Below, in pieces: positions 1 through 13,064 of a DNA stretch of 64,000 nt. Both the position numbers and the translations under genes were made by a program. The stretch spans positions 1,223,212 to 1,287,211 of the forward strand of contig NC_057759.1 in NCBI RefSeq assembly GCF_004010195.1, read 5' to 3'. The stretch comes from Chiloscyllium plagiosum (Eukaryota). Every line of letters starts with the position of its first letter. Positions within the stretch are counted from its first letter, which is position 1. The notes below the pieces were generated by a model, which did not search any database, had not been told where the DNA came from, and saw only the letters and a program-made list of their open reading frames with translations.

Positions 1-1258
1 CCGAGCAAATCTTTTCTGAACCTTTTCCAGCTCAATAGTATACTTTTGATAACAGGGTGACCAGAACTTGATATGGTAATCCAGAAGAGGACTCATCAAC
101 ATCCTTAACAACCTCAATACAACCTTACAACTCCTGTACTCCAAGGTCTGAGCAATGAAGGCAAGCATGCTAGATGTTTTTTTCACCACATTGTCTACAT
201 GTGAAGCAAACTTCAAAAATATGCAGCTGGCCAACTAGGTGTCTCTGTTCAGCAGCACTACCCAAGGCCCTACTTGTAATTGTATAAGTCCTACCCTTTG
301 TTTTGTAAATATACAATGCCTCAATAACTCCATCTGCCATTCCTCACGTCATTGACTGATTTAATCAAGATTTGTTTCTAATCTGAGATAGAATTCACTG
401 TCCACTATCCCACCAATTTTGATGACATCTGGAAAATTACTAACCACACCTTCTGTATTCTCATCTAAATCATTTACATAAAAAACAAACAAAAGTGGAC
501 CCAGCACCGATTGGGGTGGAACATCATTGGTAACTTGCATCCAGTCTAATAAGCAACTGTTCACCTCCTCTCCATCTCCTGCTGTTATGCCAATTTTATA
601 TTCAATTGGCACACTCAACCTGAATCCCATGTAATCTAACCTTGCTATTTAGTCTACTATGCAGAAACTTGTAAAAGGCTTTACCAAACTTCAAGTCAAT
701 AATGTTTACCAATGTGCCCTCAATCTTCTCGGATACTCCCTCAACAATCTCAATCAACTTTGGGAAACATAATTTCCTTCTGCAACACAATCCTGACAAT
801 TCCTAATTATTCCTTGCCCTCTCCTACCACTCCTCACCAAACCGTACATTTGAATCCTATCTTTCGGAATTACCTCTAATAATGTACCCATCACACAAGT
901 CAGACTCATGGGTCTATACTTCCCAGGCTTCTCCTTACATCCCTTCTTAAAGTAACGGCAAAATATTACCCAACATCCGATCATCCAGCACCTCACCATA
1001 GTTACAGATGATACAAATATTTCTGCAAGGGGCACCACAATATCCTCCTTAACTTCCCACAATGTCCTGGGATACACGAGATCAGGTGTCTGAGATTATC
1101 CAACTTTGTGTTCAAAGACCTCCAGCATTTCCTCTTCTGTAACGTGAACTCTTTTCAAAACATCAATATTCATTTTCCTGAGTTTGCCTTCTTCCCAGTA
1201 AAAAACTGATGTGAAAATTCATTTTCTGCCTCTCGCATCTTCTGAAATTCAAACAAAA
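1..1258 (-). mobile_element. Degenerate CR1-clade LINE ORF2 (reverse transcriptase region)
   Basis: Broken ORFs with CR1 RT motifs (VPPQSVLGPLLFVFYVNDLD, YPRTLWEVKEDIVVPLAEIF, PGKYRPMSLT). Confidence 0.9.
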
Positions 1259-1259
1259 C

Positions 1260-2084
1260 TGCAGAGGTGAACTGGATCTGCTGGTAACAAAATGGCCCAT
1301 GTCTGCTCCCACAAAATGGATGACAAATGTCTATTCTTAGTACATTGTCATGAATGGCTGTGAGTAATCTATTTTGTCCAGGGCAAATGAGGGTACTTCT
1401 GAAAACTTACTAACTTTCGCACATAGGCATAAACATTTTGGTTCCATGTATCTATGCTGGAAGTCTTTGAAAACAGACCTAAACCTAACTAACCAGAACA
1501 GAAAGCATTCTTACAAATCTTATAGCAACTAAATGTCTTTGGTATTTTTAACACACATAATTAGAACAATGGGAAATATGAGAAGAAAAACAGAATTTCA
1601 TAAAGGAAGTACATGAGATACAATGAATAACAGAACTCAAACTGACTCACAGATAAAGCCAACCCGAGAGGCCTGAAGGAGTCTCGCAATTAACTTTGGA
1701 ATGTGAATGAGGAGGACACATAGAAAGATGGCAAGGATGAGTGATTAAAGTGTCTGTTCAATGCCATGAGGTCATGGGAAGCTGAGGCCTGTTAAAGGAA
1801 TGCCTGTCATTGATTCGGTGTTTTATAAGATTGGGATTCCGAAATATGAGGGAGGATCAAAGTGACCACGTTGTATGCGATTGTTATCAGCAAATTTATG
1901 AAAGTACTGCTTTATGTTATAAATTCAGAGTGTGTCATGATCTCTCTTTCAGGACTGGTCTCTGGAGAGAATCCTTTGTCCCTGCTTTAACTGGGTTTTG
2001 CATGAATAAACCTTCATTTGCCTGAGTTCTGCCTGCCTCCTGAGTTTGCATTCCTTTTCAGGGGAAAAGGCTCCAACAACAACA
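1260..2084 (+). mobile_element. Solo-LTR-like insertion interrupting the CR1
   Basis: About 825 bp non-CR1 block; begins TG, ends AACA, AATAAA at 2005-2010; CR1 ORF2 is collinear on both sides; target duplication imperfect. Confidence 0.55.
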
Positions 2085-2085
2085 T

Positions 2086-2330
2086 CAACTACCTCTTTGA
2101 TCTTTAAGGTATCCTACTCTCTTTCTCTCCTTCATGGTTAACTTGCTTTGAATGAACTTGTAGAATTTCTTTGAATTATGCTTAACCTTATCTGCCAAGA
2201 CTATCTCATATCCCCCTCTTTGATTTCCTAATCTCCCTCTCAAGAATGCCCTTACTATTTGCATACTGTTCATGAGATGCATTTCACCCCAGTTGTCTAT
2301 GTCTAATATATGATTTATTTGTACTTGCAA
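2086..2330 (-). mobile_element. CR1 ORF2 remnant, upstream continuation of 1-1258
   Basis: GYEIVLADKVKHNSKKFYKFIQSK...YLKDQRG matches the CR1 linker seen at 56413-56823. Confidence 0.85.
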
Positions 2331-2499
2331 ATAAAACATTGACTTTGCTGCTCCTCTGATGCTGTGCTTTTCCAGTTTCATTTTTATCAACTCTGACTGT
2401 GCTTACTAAAAACCTTACATTTATCCATGTTATATTGCTTTTGCCCATTGACTTCTCCTCAACACAATCACAATGCATCTTCTTTCACAGCTCACCATA

Positions 2500-2725
2500 G
2501 GGCAGCACGTTCGCTCAGTGGTTAGCACTGGTGCCTCACAGCACCAGGGTCCGAGGTTCAATCCCATCCTTGGGCAACTGTCTGTGCTCTGGGTTCCTCC
2601 CATGTTCCAAAGATGTGCAGGTCAGGTGCATTGGACATGGTAAATTGCCCATAGTGCATTAGTCAGAGGGAAACTGATCTGGATGGGTTACTCTTCAGAG
2701 GGTCAGTGTGGACTGGTTGGGCTGA
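2500..2725 (+). mobile_element. HE1-type tRNA-derived SINE (internally deleted)
   Basis: A-box-like GCTCAGTGGTTAGCA and B-box-like GGTTCAATCCC head; same head at 22204 and 51612. Confidence 0.8.
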
Positions 2726-2744
2726 ACTCCAGCTGATTTACAAG

Positions 2745-3420
2745 CTGAGAACATAGAACATTATGACACAGGAACAGGCATTTCGAATCCATGCTGACTT
2801 TGTTTGGACCCAATCTTTTTTTTTCGCAGACACTCTGCAAGTTTTTTTTTCTTGCAAGCTGAGTGGCCTATAATACCCAGAGTATCTCTAACTTGCTTTT
2901 CAAATAGATTGGTTACATTAGCTAACCCACAATCTGTGGAAATATTGCAATGTCTCTGGTATCTTGGAACATGACCATTTACTATTTCTGTGACCACTAT
3001 GTTAAGTACTCTGGGATGTGAATGACCAGACCCTGCTGTTTCTCAGCTTCAATAATATCCATTGTCCCAACACAATTTTCCAAACAATACTGATTTGTTT
3101 CAGTTTTTCCCTCTCACTGAACTCTTTGTTCCCCAAACTTCCTGGTGCATCATCAGTGTCATCCTTTGTGATCAGAGAACAACAGTTACGTATTTGGGTG
3201 AATAGCCATTTTTGCTCCAGATTATGGATTGCCTCTTTTTGATCGTAAGTGACCCATCTTTGTGTTCACCAACCCATGTTTTCTTCCATTTCCTCATTAC
3301 ACATTTATCAATACTTTAACAGTTAGTTTCTTTTTCAAAACTGCAATCTTACTCCTGTCCTCATTTTCTCTTTCTTAATCAATGCCCTTTATCGCATCGT
3401 TTGCTGAATTTTAAATTGTG
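2745..3420 (-). mobile_element. Highly degenerate CR1 fragments
   Basis: Residual motifs (LANVTNLFEK, QSQHGF) in minus-strand ORF. Confidence 0.55.
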
Positions 3421-3422
3421 GC

Positions 3423-3925
3423 AAAAGTGAGGACTGCAGATGGTGGAGATCTGAGTCAAGATTAGAGTGGTGCTGGAAAAGCACAGCAGGTCAGGCAGCA
3501 TCTGAGAAACAGGAAAATCAACGTTTTGGGCAAAAGCCCTTCATCAGGAATGAGGCTGGGAGCCTCCATGGTGGAGAGATAAATGGGAGCGAGGTGGGGC
3601 TGGGGAGAAGGTAGCTAAGAGTGTAATAGGTGGACGGAGGTGGGGATGAAGGTGATAAGTCAGAGAAGAGGGTGGAGCGGATAGATGTGAAGGAAGATTG
3701 GCAGGTAGGACAGGTCATGAGGATGCTGCTGTCAGGTTGGAACTGGTGTAAGGTGGGGGGAGGGGAATGAGGAAGCATGTGAAGTCTACAAAGTTGATTT
3801 TAACCTTACTGCGAATCCTATTGTAAGGATGCCTACCTTGAAGAAGTTCTCCTCCTTTCTCCACAAAGATCTCAGTGAGTTCCTCTCACTGCAACCCCCA
3901 GGTCATCTCCTCTACCCTGAATTCT
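3423..3925 (-). mobile_element. Penelope-like element terminal fragment with degenerate hammerhead core (3520-3548)
   Basis: Minus strand reads CTGATGA-agggc-tttt-gccc-aAAAC-GTT; same terminal repeat recurs at 19741, 21537, 22540, 29747, 31370, 34972. Confidence 0.75.
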
Positions 3926-4147
3926 GAACTATTCCCAGGCTTTAGGTCTGTCTGTTTATTTTCTTCCCAATTTGTATGCCTGTTCTTGGCATCAAATAAT
4001 ATCTCACAGAACCCTAAAGTTTTGTTAAGTTTACAAAGTTTTGTAAATTGTTTACCTTTCCAAACTCAGGGCAACCTCCATCTGAAAAGTTAAATGCAGT
4101 TGATGTAGGGAGACATCAGCTTGACAGGGCAAGTTTCTCTCTGAGCC

Positions 4148-4342
4148 ACACACCATAATAACTTGGAAATATATCCCCTTTCCTTCACTGTCGCTGGATC
4201 AAGGTGCTGGAATCCCCTTTTCGTGGCATTGTGGGCAAGACATGGACAAAAGCTGTTCCAGAAGGTGGATCACTACCACCTTCTCAAAGGGGAATAAATG
4301 CTAGGCTTAGCCAGCGACGTCCACATCCCCAGAGTGAATAAG
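4148..4342 (+). mobile_element. 3' end of a second LINE family (clade not assigned)
   Basis: Reverse complement matches 57460-57680 and 62420-62630. Confidence 0.65.
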
Positions 4343-4699
4343 CAAAAGCATACAATACATCACAAGGTTTCTGTCTGCAGCGTACCTCACACAGACATCT
4401 GTTGTCCACTATACACTCAATGGAGGCTCAGAGACGTTATTGCACACCCCTGCTCCAGGTCTGATTTTTGCACACGCCTCCTGAACCAGAAACAGGGACT
4501 AACACTGTGATGCAAGACTCTCTCCAACAGTTACATTCTGCCTTAGTAAGAGTGTTCCACTTATTTCATTTGTGTTACTATTTTCCAGTTATGTTACTTT
4601 CTTAAAGGAATTAACATTTGTGGATGAGGGTCAGCAGGATTACATACCACAGTTAACATAAGATCAGACGTGATGTTATCAAATGGGGGAAGCACAGGG

Positions 4700-5030
4700 G
4701 ATGGGCCGAGTGGCCGCCAGTTTCTCCGCCCCCTGATCAGATTGTGAGAGAGCCGGAGGGAGGAGTTATTAACATGACCCGAGAATGAGCTCCATTAGAG
4801 CTTCATAAAGGGACAATGTCCCAGCTTGAAATCTTCTCTGCCCTTTCCCCCACAGCCCCAATTCCTTTGGTCAAACTGGGAGAGAAGGGAATTGGGGAAA
4901 TGACCAATTGGTGTTTGTTTCTGTGAAGCATTGGGAAAAGCAACGCATGCGCAATGTAGTCCCTCCGCCAATGCTGATTGATCCTGCCGAGAGGAGCGCA
5001 TGCGTGAGGCCCTCCCCCAGCGCTGCCATT
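4700..5030 (+). promoter_or_regulatory. CpG-enriched promoter, copy 1
   Basis: NRF1-type palindromes ACGCATGCGCA (4943-4953) and GCGCATGCGT (4996-5005), GC box near 4725, CCAAT at 4968, YY1-like GCCATT at 5025; directly upstream of a GTGAGT donor. Confidence 0.7.
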
Positions 5031-5168
5031 GAGGAGCATTTACTCAGTGAGTGCAAGAGGTTTGTTTGAAACAGACCGCAATGGAGGGAACAGCAGGCTC
5101 CTTCCAGCAGCTCATCGGGATGGGAGCCTGGGATACAGAGGGGGCTCCGAGACCGGGATTGATTCGGG
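5020..5168 (+). other. Putative first exon, copy 1 (start approximate; ATG at 5081)
   Basis: Ends CGGG|GTGAGT; gcaATGG Kozak context; homologous to 7290-7418 and 23450-23620. Confidence 0.6.
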
Positions 5169-5775
5169 GTGAGTTCAGGGAGAACCGGGGGCTGTTTGTA
5201 AGAGGCCGAGCGGAGCAGGTACTGGTCCCGGAACTTGGAGTGAGCGGGCTGGGGGGACGAGAGAGGCCTTTCTCGGGCTGTGTGTGGGCCTGCTGAGGGA
5301 GGCAGAGCGGGAAGAAGCTGCTGTGGGACATTCTTGGGGTTTACAATCCTCTGAACTCTGTTGAGATATCATTGTTTCCCATTGTTTTTTGAGATTGTGC
5401 AGTCAATATCGGAATCGCAGACCGACCATAGGAATGGGATACTCCTGTAAAAGGAGTGGGTCTTGGGAAAAAAAGATATAGCACCGTTTATTCTCTCTCC
5501 AACAGGTAGTTTATTGGGAGTTGCATATTGAACTGTGTGAGCATTCCGGTGGTGAGTAGTCCCATTCACGGAGTTGGGCAGTTGTTGCTCAGTTTCTCCA
5601 TCTCACTCAATTGGTATTGAAACATATGAAAAACAAACACAATCTCCAGACAGAGGTTCAGCGCAACAATGGAATCAGATCCGTGGTTCTGGTTAAGTTG
5701 CTGGCTTATCCTAATGAATATGCAATGGGACTAGCTTCACATTGATTAACGGGTGGTGTCTCTATCTTCCTCCAG

Positions 5776-5857
5776 ACAAATACCTGAGAGACTAAGACAC
5801 TGTGATACTTCCTCGGTTCAAAGGGAAGTGTGACCAGCTGCCTCGAGCAAACAGCAG
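5776..5857 (+). other. Repeated 82-nt internal exon, copy 1 (type a)
   Basis: tcttcctccAG acceptor and CAGCAG|GTATGT donor, shared by six paralogs. Confidence 0.7.
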
Positions 5858-6134
5858 GTATGTCGCCCATTGACATTTACACCAGTTTTGAAGATAGATA
5901 AACTGAATCCTCATCCAAAGTAGACACTCAGGAACAGCATTAAAATCTGCATTTTAATAACATTTTTTACAATGTAGATAAACAAATAGATCATTCTGTT
6001 ACATAGTCTCAACAACCATCCATGAGGTAGCTACTAAGTACAGAGATGGAGGGAAACTGCTCATCAACAGTTTCTCTCTCTCCATTCTCAGTGCATGTCA
6101 CCCCATTTCCAATAAGTGTCATTATTCACAGCCA

Positions 6135-6430
6135 TCAAGTCACAGAGATGTACAGCATGGAAAAAGACCCTTCGGTCCAAATTGTCCATGCCAGTCAGAT
6201 ATTCTAAACTAAATTTAGTCCCATTTGCCAGCACATGGCCCATATCCCTCTAAACCCTTCCTATTCACATACCCATTCAGGTGCCTTTTAAATATTGTAA
6301 TTGTACCAGCCTCCACCACTTATCCATGCCATTCATGATTTTATGAGCCTCGATAAAGGTCCCTCTCCAGGGAAAACAGCTCCAGCCTATTCAGCCTCTA
6401 CCGCTAACTTAAAACCTCCAACCCAGATGA
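6135..6430 (-). mobile_element. CR1 3' tail fragment
   Basis: Matches CR1 3' ends at 38955-39400 and 24435-24640. Confidence 0.8.
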
Positions 6431-6544
6431 AGCACATTTACATGGAGTTTATCTGTGACTGAGAAGGACAGCATTAATCTTTTACTGAATAGTCATCACA
6501 GACAGAGATGACAATTAAATAATGTGATTTCCAAACAATGTCTG

Positions 6545-7150
6545 CAAAAGTATGAGTTTTTCTTACACCTAAATGACCTCCTAGTGGTCGCCCATGCGCT
6601 ACTCACAACACCTCCCTTCTATAACCAACTGGCAATACAACTTCATACAGTTCTGCCCATTTCTCATCCTGAATGTGTGATGGTCTCCATTTCCTCATTA
6701 AGACATCATTATTAAGATAATAATATGCAGGGATATATTCAGATTCTTTTTCTGTGTTGGCTTTTTGGTACAATTGCTTTAAATTTTCATCTTTCTTCTG
6801 TAACTTGGTTAATTTATCTCAGCTAAAGATGTCTGCTTTGTTATCTATCTCTTCCCGGTTTGTCTCAACCATCTGATCAAACAAGGTCTCTGCTAATTTC
6901 ACTTCAACTTTCTTATCAGTACTCTTTGATCTCTCCTGCTTCAGCTGGTGACTTTGTCACCACACAGTCAGGAAAATTCCCAGGATATATGTCCAGCAAT
7001 AATTCAGTTGCCTGAATTTTCACTGGCTTTTCAACCACAGTAGGCAGCACTCCTACCGGTGAATCAACAATATCATTAGCAAGGACACATTGTATTCCCG
7101 GAGCTGAGAGTTTGTCCAATACTCCTACCACAACTTCTCCACTCTTCACT
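6545..7150 (-). mobile_element. Gypsy (Gmr1-like) pol fragment
   Basis: GVLDKLSAPGIQCVLANDI followed by integrase zinc-binding motif VLPVGYRREVL*VAHGRPLGGHLGVRKT; paralog of 33315-33880. Confidence 0.85.
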
Positions 7151-7156
7151 GGAAAC

Positions 7157-7418
7157 TGAGTGACAGAGCAGGGAAATGGCTTTGATCATCCAGCTCACTC
7201 CAGCCCCAACTGTATCTGGCACTGAACTTTTTCTCCCCAAAGCTGACTGTTCCTGTCCAGAGGAGCGCATGCGTGAGGCCCTCCCCCAGCGCTGCCATTG
7301 AGGAGCATTTACTTAGTGAGTGTAAGAGGTTTGTTTGAAACAGCAGGCTCCTTCCAGCAGCACATCGGGATGTGAGCCTGGGATACAGAGGGGGCTCTGA
7401 CACTGGGATTGATTCGGG
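7157..7418 (+). promoter_or_regulatory. Promoter plus first exon, copy 2 (ATG segment deleted)
   Basis: GCGCATGCGT at 7265-7274, donor CGGG|GTGAGT at 7418/7419; near-identical to copies 1 and 3. Confidence 0.7.
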
Positions 7419-7999
7419 GTGAGTTTAGGGAGAACCGGGGGCTGTTTGTAAGAGGCCGAGCGGAGCAGGAACTGGGCCCAGAACTTGGAGTGAGCGGGCT
7501 GGGGGGAAAAGAGAGACCTTTCTCGGGCTGTGTGTGGGCCTGCTGAGGGGGGCAGAGCGGGAAGAAGCTGCTGTGGGACATTCTTGTGGTTTTTAATCCC
7601 CTAAACACTGATGGGAAGTCTTTGTTTGGCTTCTATTTCCTGCTGTTTGTTGCGAATAGACATTGAAATGTTGGGAAGTAAAGGGCAGTGATCTAAATGT
7701 GATAAAAGTGCCCGTTGTTCTTCCTTCAACAGTTAGTGTTTTTTTTGGGAGCTGAATATTGAACCGTGCAATCATTCTATTTTTGGAGCTGTGCATATGT
7801 TGGTTAGTTTTCTTTCATCTGAGTAAATTGTTTCAGAATTTTGCAAACAGAAAAAGACTGGGAGGAGCTCAGTGTTGCTTTGTAACCAGACCTTGCTCTG
7901 TTTAAAAACAGAAGTATCATTATCATGATCTGAATGTTGCATTGATCGGTTGATGTCTTTCTACTCAGAAATGATGATATCTCTCTTTTCTTCCTCCAG

Positions 8000-8081
8000 G
8001 CAAATGTTTGATGGACCAAGATAATGTAATATTTCCTCAGTACAAAGCCAAGTGTGACCAGCTGCTTCTACCAACCAGCAG
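8000..8081 (+). other. Repeated 82-nt internal exon, copy 2 (type b)
   Basis: tcttcctccAG / CAGCAG|GTATGT; phase-1 frame open (GKCLMDQDNVIFPQYKAKCDQLLLPTSR). Confidence 0.7.
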
Positions 8082-10506
8082 GTATGTTACAGTTGTCAGA
8101 TTGGAGAACATCCTTTCCACAGTCACAGAATGGATTGAGTCAGATACATATTGAGCTCAATTTCCAGAAGGATGCATTCAATCCAAGAGTCAGACACTGA
8201 CGAAATATTTTTTTAAAATTTCTCTTTATACTCAATGTACAACAGCTCAGTTCCACTAACTTCCATTATGCATAGCGAGTTATCATTTGCAACCTCAGAG
8301 GGTTAGACTGTATCCTCATATGAAATATACATTCAGGAATTACATTAATCCACATGTAGTAAAGGCAATTTTAAAGTTGCAATCAAGGTGAACAAACAAG
8401 TCATGCTGTTAGATTGTTACAACAAGGATATATGAAGAAGATATTGGGTGCAGATGCAGAAGGAAACTTTGATATTTTCAGTAACTGAGAAAGTCAAAAT
8501 TACATTTTTGATAAATCATTGTCCTGGAAAAGACACAACAATTAAACTATGTAAATTCCAAATGAATCTCTGGGCCAAAGACTGATGTTGAGAGAGTGCT
8601 CATAGAGTGTGTACACATGCACAACCACCATCTCCATCCCACCCCAATCTGCGTGCTTGCGCGCATACACCATTCTATCTCACACAAAGCTACTGACTGA
8701 TTTACAATAGTTGCAAATTGGTACACCATCCTGAAATACACATTACAACATCTAACAGTGATGAAGATCCATATACACCGCAACTAGCAGAAAATATTTC
8801 ATCAAACTGATTTCTACTCTCAGATCTCAAGTCAAAGAGATTGACAGCACAGAATATGTCTGTTCAAATTATTAAGTCTGCACTGATCAAAAACTGTCTA
8901 TAACAATACAGTTGATTGAAAGGGATTAGAATTGTTAACTCAATGAGTATTCCATTTCCATAGATTTATTCATGGCAGCAGAGAAGTTGTCATCCCCATC
9001 TGTGTCACAACGCCATCCTCCATTTCACCATTTTGTCGGAGTTTTTTTTCAGTCCAGGAAGAAAGTTTTTCTTATTATTCTGTGTGTCTTTCAAAATTTG
9101 TTTCAAAAAATCTATGAAGAACCCTGCATTCATCTTGACTATCTCTTCATTAAACTACAAAATAAAATCAAAGAATCCGGATATAGTTTGGTCAAGGACT
9201 CAATGGAATCAGATCATTACTATTTAAAGCAGTGCAGAAAGAAAGAGAAAGCTAAAGTTGATAGGTTTGTCAAGCTGCTCCTTTCTTTTAACCAACAAGA
9301 GTTGATTGTTCAATAAGTTGAATTTGACTGTTTAAATATTCTTCACTACCAATTGAAAATAAAAGAACTTTTGTTTCCTCCCCCCCCTCCCCCCACCAGA
9401 GAGCAACACAAGAATACTGCTAATGGTTTGCACCAGATCCTGCCCAGATTGGTAAATAAAATAGAATTGGCCAATTCTCTTTTCTGCACAAGGAGCATTG
9501 TCTTCAGTCAGCTGCGATGCAGTTGAAGTGTTCACTTAGTTGCAAATTGATTCTGTTAATACACCATTAATTCATTGGTTAAAGTATGTCACAATGCAAA
9601 AATTGATAGCATCCTGAAAACCAGACCTTGATATCTCCATTGTTCCTGGTTAGACTCTGCACTATAGGACTTAAAAAATTCTCTTGCTTTTCTCCCCTTG
9701 CTTTTCTGCTGTAATGTGTTGCATGTTCACCTGTCCATGGACTTTACGGGCTCTAGAACTAAAGAATGTAGGCTGTGGACATTATTTAACTACATGTAGG
9801 AGGCCAAAGATTAGCATATATAGAAACACATCCACTTTCGCTGATGGGAGCTGATTCCAGTGGCAATGGATACAACCTCATTCATGTCAAGTAGCAGAAG
9901 TTTAAACAATTAATTGTGCTTGCAGTTACTAAAAGTGACATGTTTCAACTTAGACGACACTGAACCACTGTGAAATACAATAACCAAGATTAAGGACCAC
10001 ATTGGTATCAAGTATCAGAGGTTGATCTATTGAATTCAGTTCTCACTCTTGGCCTGGTGCTGATACAAAGACACTTTATCTACACTCACATTCTGGTTGA
10101 GGGCCTGAGTAATGCAGAAACATTTCTATACATTTTAATGAATGAAACACTGATTTATAAGGAATTAAACCTTCCTCAGTGTATCAGATCATGACATGCA
10201 GAACTGGAAACATGAGGAGATAGACAGACAGAAACTGTCAGTGTGGTATAGGCCAGTACCGCTCCTTCAAAGTGATTCAGATTGGCAGCACAACAGAAAA
10301 CTCACTCTCTCAGACAGTTAATGGAGAAAGAGAAAAAAGAATGAAATTTAGGCCCAGGTATTTCCAAATATGCACAGTTATAAATTGACTCACCAAACCA
10401 TTGATCGCTTCAGTTAGTGTTAGATATTACATTTTACAGTGTCCAGCAGCAACTGATAAAGACTCCTACATACACACAATGTTTTAAAAAAAAAGTCTGA
10501 AAACAA

Positions 10507-10705
10507 TAACATTCAGATTCATGGCAAAAGTAAACATTGAACCAACATTAATCCCTCGCTTACCAAGTGTTAGTGAATATTGATCAAGTTTATCCAACAC
10601 TCAGACCAAACAAATACAACTCATGCTGTAAGGAGAAAGAGATTTCCACCAGATGCTGTTGCATACAAAACCAAACTGGCACTATAGTTATTCAATGGCA
10701 GAATA
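10507..10705. repeat. Left arm of ~200-bp inverted duplication
   Basis: Reverse complement of 13119-13324 with a few substitutions and one 7-nt indel. Confidence 0.95.
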
Positions 10706-10964
10706 CTGCAGAACTAATCTCACGTTAGCATTTACCTTGAGATACTGGCAGTGAGTGGATGAAGTTCAGACGCCCAACAGTGAGTTGAAATTAGTATGGA
10801 GAACAGATGAACAACAGCCCAGTGCAGACACAATGGGCTGACTAGCTGTATCAATTCTGTGACTCTGTCATAAATCACAAAATGCAGAAGAGTTTAAGGC
10901 CCAATCACAACACCTTTAAAAACTACTATCACAGAATGAATCTCAGTCACAGAGAATTATTTTT

Positions 10965-11170
10965 CCTAAATTCATTCATGGGATGAGGGCATCACTGGTT
11001 AGGCCAGTATTTATTGCCCATCCCTAACTGCTCAGGGGGTAGTTATGAGTCAACCACATTACTGCGGGTCTGGAGACACAAGGATGGCAGTTTCCTTACA
11101 GGACATTAGTGAACTAGATGGGTTTTCCTGAAAATCAACCATAGGTTCCTGGTGATGATTGGACTCTCAG
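10965..11170. mobile_element. SINE/LINE-tail composite repeat
   Basis: First part matches the LINE tail at 57460/62420; second part resembles 50610-50640 plus 50880-50930. Confidence 0.5.
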
Positions 11171-11239
11171 AATATTATTGGCTGCCAGAGATTTAAGCAA
11201 CTTTCATACATAAAAGAGTTGAAAGTAGTTGGTACTGAT

Positions 11240-11745
11240 TGAGTACTTGACTCTCTCAGTCACACAGCAGAAACTGTCAAGTGTAGATCAATTCCAAAAC
11301 ACTCCTACGGGCATAACAGAAACTGACAGGTGTAATTGATAGCTGCTCTCTCATATTCATTCTGCAGAAACTGAAAGGGAGAGAATGATACATAAATATA
11401 CACGCGCACACACACACACAGGCAACTAAACTAACACATTCACTGAGCAAACACTGGCAGCTACAGTCTGGTTAATGCATTTGCACATTTATAAATAAGA
11501 TGCTGACAGATACAGATTCATAACTCCATCCTGAGATACCCAGAGCAGAATATAACAGGGACAGATTGGTCAATCGTACACATGTGCACATGGCAGGACA
11601 TTTCAGAGGAAGACTGATAACTACATTCTCATCACCAAAACTTATTGGAACAGATTATTAACACTCTCTGTTTCAAATTGCATAAATTGACATGTACAGT
11701 TTGATAATGACACTCATGTTTACAGCACAGAAACTGACAGGTAGA
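11240..11745 (+). repeat. Degenerate ~48-bp satellite
   Basis: Recurrent CAGAAACTGACAGGTACAGATTGATAACTACACTCACACATTCACATAG-like monomers. Confidence 0.8.
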
Positions 11746-11749
11746 AATT

Positions 11750-12495
11750 AATAACAAAAATTGCTGGAAAATCCACAGGTTTGGCAGCTTTGGTGGCGGG
11801 AAATCAGACTTAACATTTGAGGTCTAGTGACCCCTCCTCAGAACTGATTGTGTGCATTTTCCTAGCTACCATTTGGTCTTCTCTATGCTGGGGAAACTTG
11901 AGAGTAGATTTGGGTGTCCACTGTGCAGAACACTTACATTTTGTCCAGAAAAAATGTCCCTGAGCTTCTAGTAGCGTGCCACTTCAACACACCACCCTGT
12001 ACCCTGGCCAACATCTGTGTCTCAGGCTTGCTGCAATGCTCCAGCAAAGTTCATTGCAATCTGGAAGAACAGCACCTCATTTTCTGCTTGAGAACTCACA
12101 GCCTTTTGGACTCAATATTGAATTCTACAACTTTAGAACTAGAGCTCTCCCATATCATTACCCAAAACCTCACTCACCACACAGTGTTATCACAGGGTCT
12201 TCTATTGTACACCAAAACTCGCTAACAATCTCTATTAATAGCTATTACCATCCTCGTCTGACTGTGATCCACTAGTTTGTCTGTCCAAATGTTCTTCCCT
12301 CTCTTTGGATTCTATATCCATCCACCATTTACTCCCTTACCCTTCAACACACCCTATCTTCTGCAGAAAATCTAATATTTTTCTGGCTACCATCTCTTCA
12401 CAGGAAGGTTTACTGGACTGGAAATTTTAACTCTGATTTCTGTCCTCAGACTCTGTCAAACCTGCCGAGCTTTTCCAGCAATTTGTTTTAGTTTC
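11750..12495 (+). mobile_element. Penelope-like element: GIY-YIG C-terminus with inverted 5' terminal repeat
   Basis: PELLVACHFNTPPCTLANICVSGLLQCSS...LEEQHLIFCL and QPFGLNIEFYNFR; 11750-11845 is the inverted copy of 12395-12490. Confidence 0.85.
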
Positions 12496-12502
12496 TGTTT
12501 TA

Positions 12503-13060
12503 GTTGGAATATTGCATGCAATTTTGGTCTCCTTCCTTTAGGAATGATATTGTGAATCTTGAAAGGGTTCAGAAAAGATTTACAAGGATGTTGCCAGGTT
12601 TGGAGGATTTGAGCTATCGGTAGAGGTTGAATAAGCTAGGGCTGTTTTCCCAGGAGCATCGGAGGCCGAAGGGTGACATTATAGAGGTTTATAAAATCAT
12701 GAGGGGCAGGAATAGGATAAATAGACAAAGTCTTTTCCCTGGGGTGAGGGAGTCCAGAACTAGAGGGCATAGGTTTAGGGTGAGAGGGGAAAGATATAAA
12801 AGAGACCTAAGGGGCATGTTTTCATGCAGAGTGTGGTACTTGTATGGAATGGCCTGTCAGGAGGAAGTGGTGGAGGCTGGTACAATTGCAGCATTTAAAA
12901 GGCATTGAGATGGGTATATGAATAGGAAGTATTTGGCGAGATATGGGCCGGATGCTGGCAGGTGGGACTGGATTGGGTTGCGATATCTAGTTGGCATCGA
13001 CAAGTTGGACTGAAGGGTCTGTTTCCGTGCTGTACATCTCTATGACAATGACTCTATGAT
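12503..13060 (+). mobile_element. CR1 3' end
   Basis: LGLFSQEHRRPKGDIIEVYKIMRG...SRTRGHRF and (CTATGA)-type tail. Confidence 0.92.
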
Positions 13061-13064
13061 ATTC

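Noticed and set aside
4856..4897. 13-bp stem hairpin upstream of promoter 1
   Set aside because: Single short instance, absent from promoter copies 2 and 3
8130..8185. Hairpin downstream of type-b exons as candidate intronic miRNA
   Set aside because: Pairing is interrupted and differs among paralogs (15445, 25950, 43095); not supportable without small-RNA data
8972..9316. 114-aa ORF in unique-looking sequence
   Set aside because: No recognisable domain; frame not kept in paralog near 46085-46620
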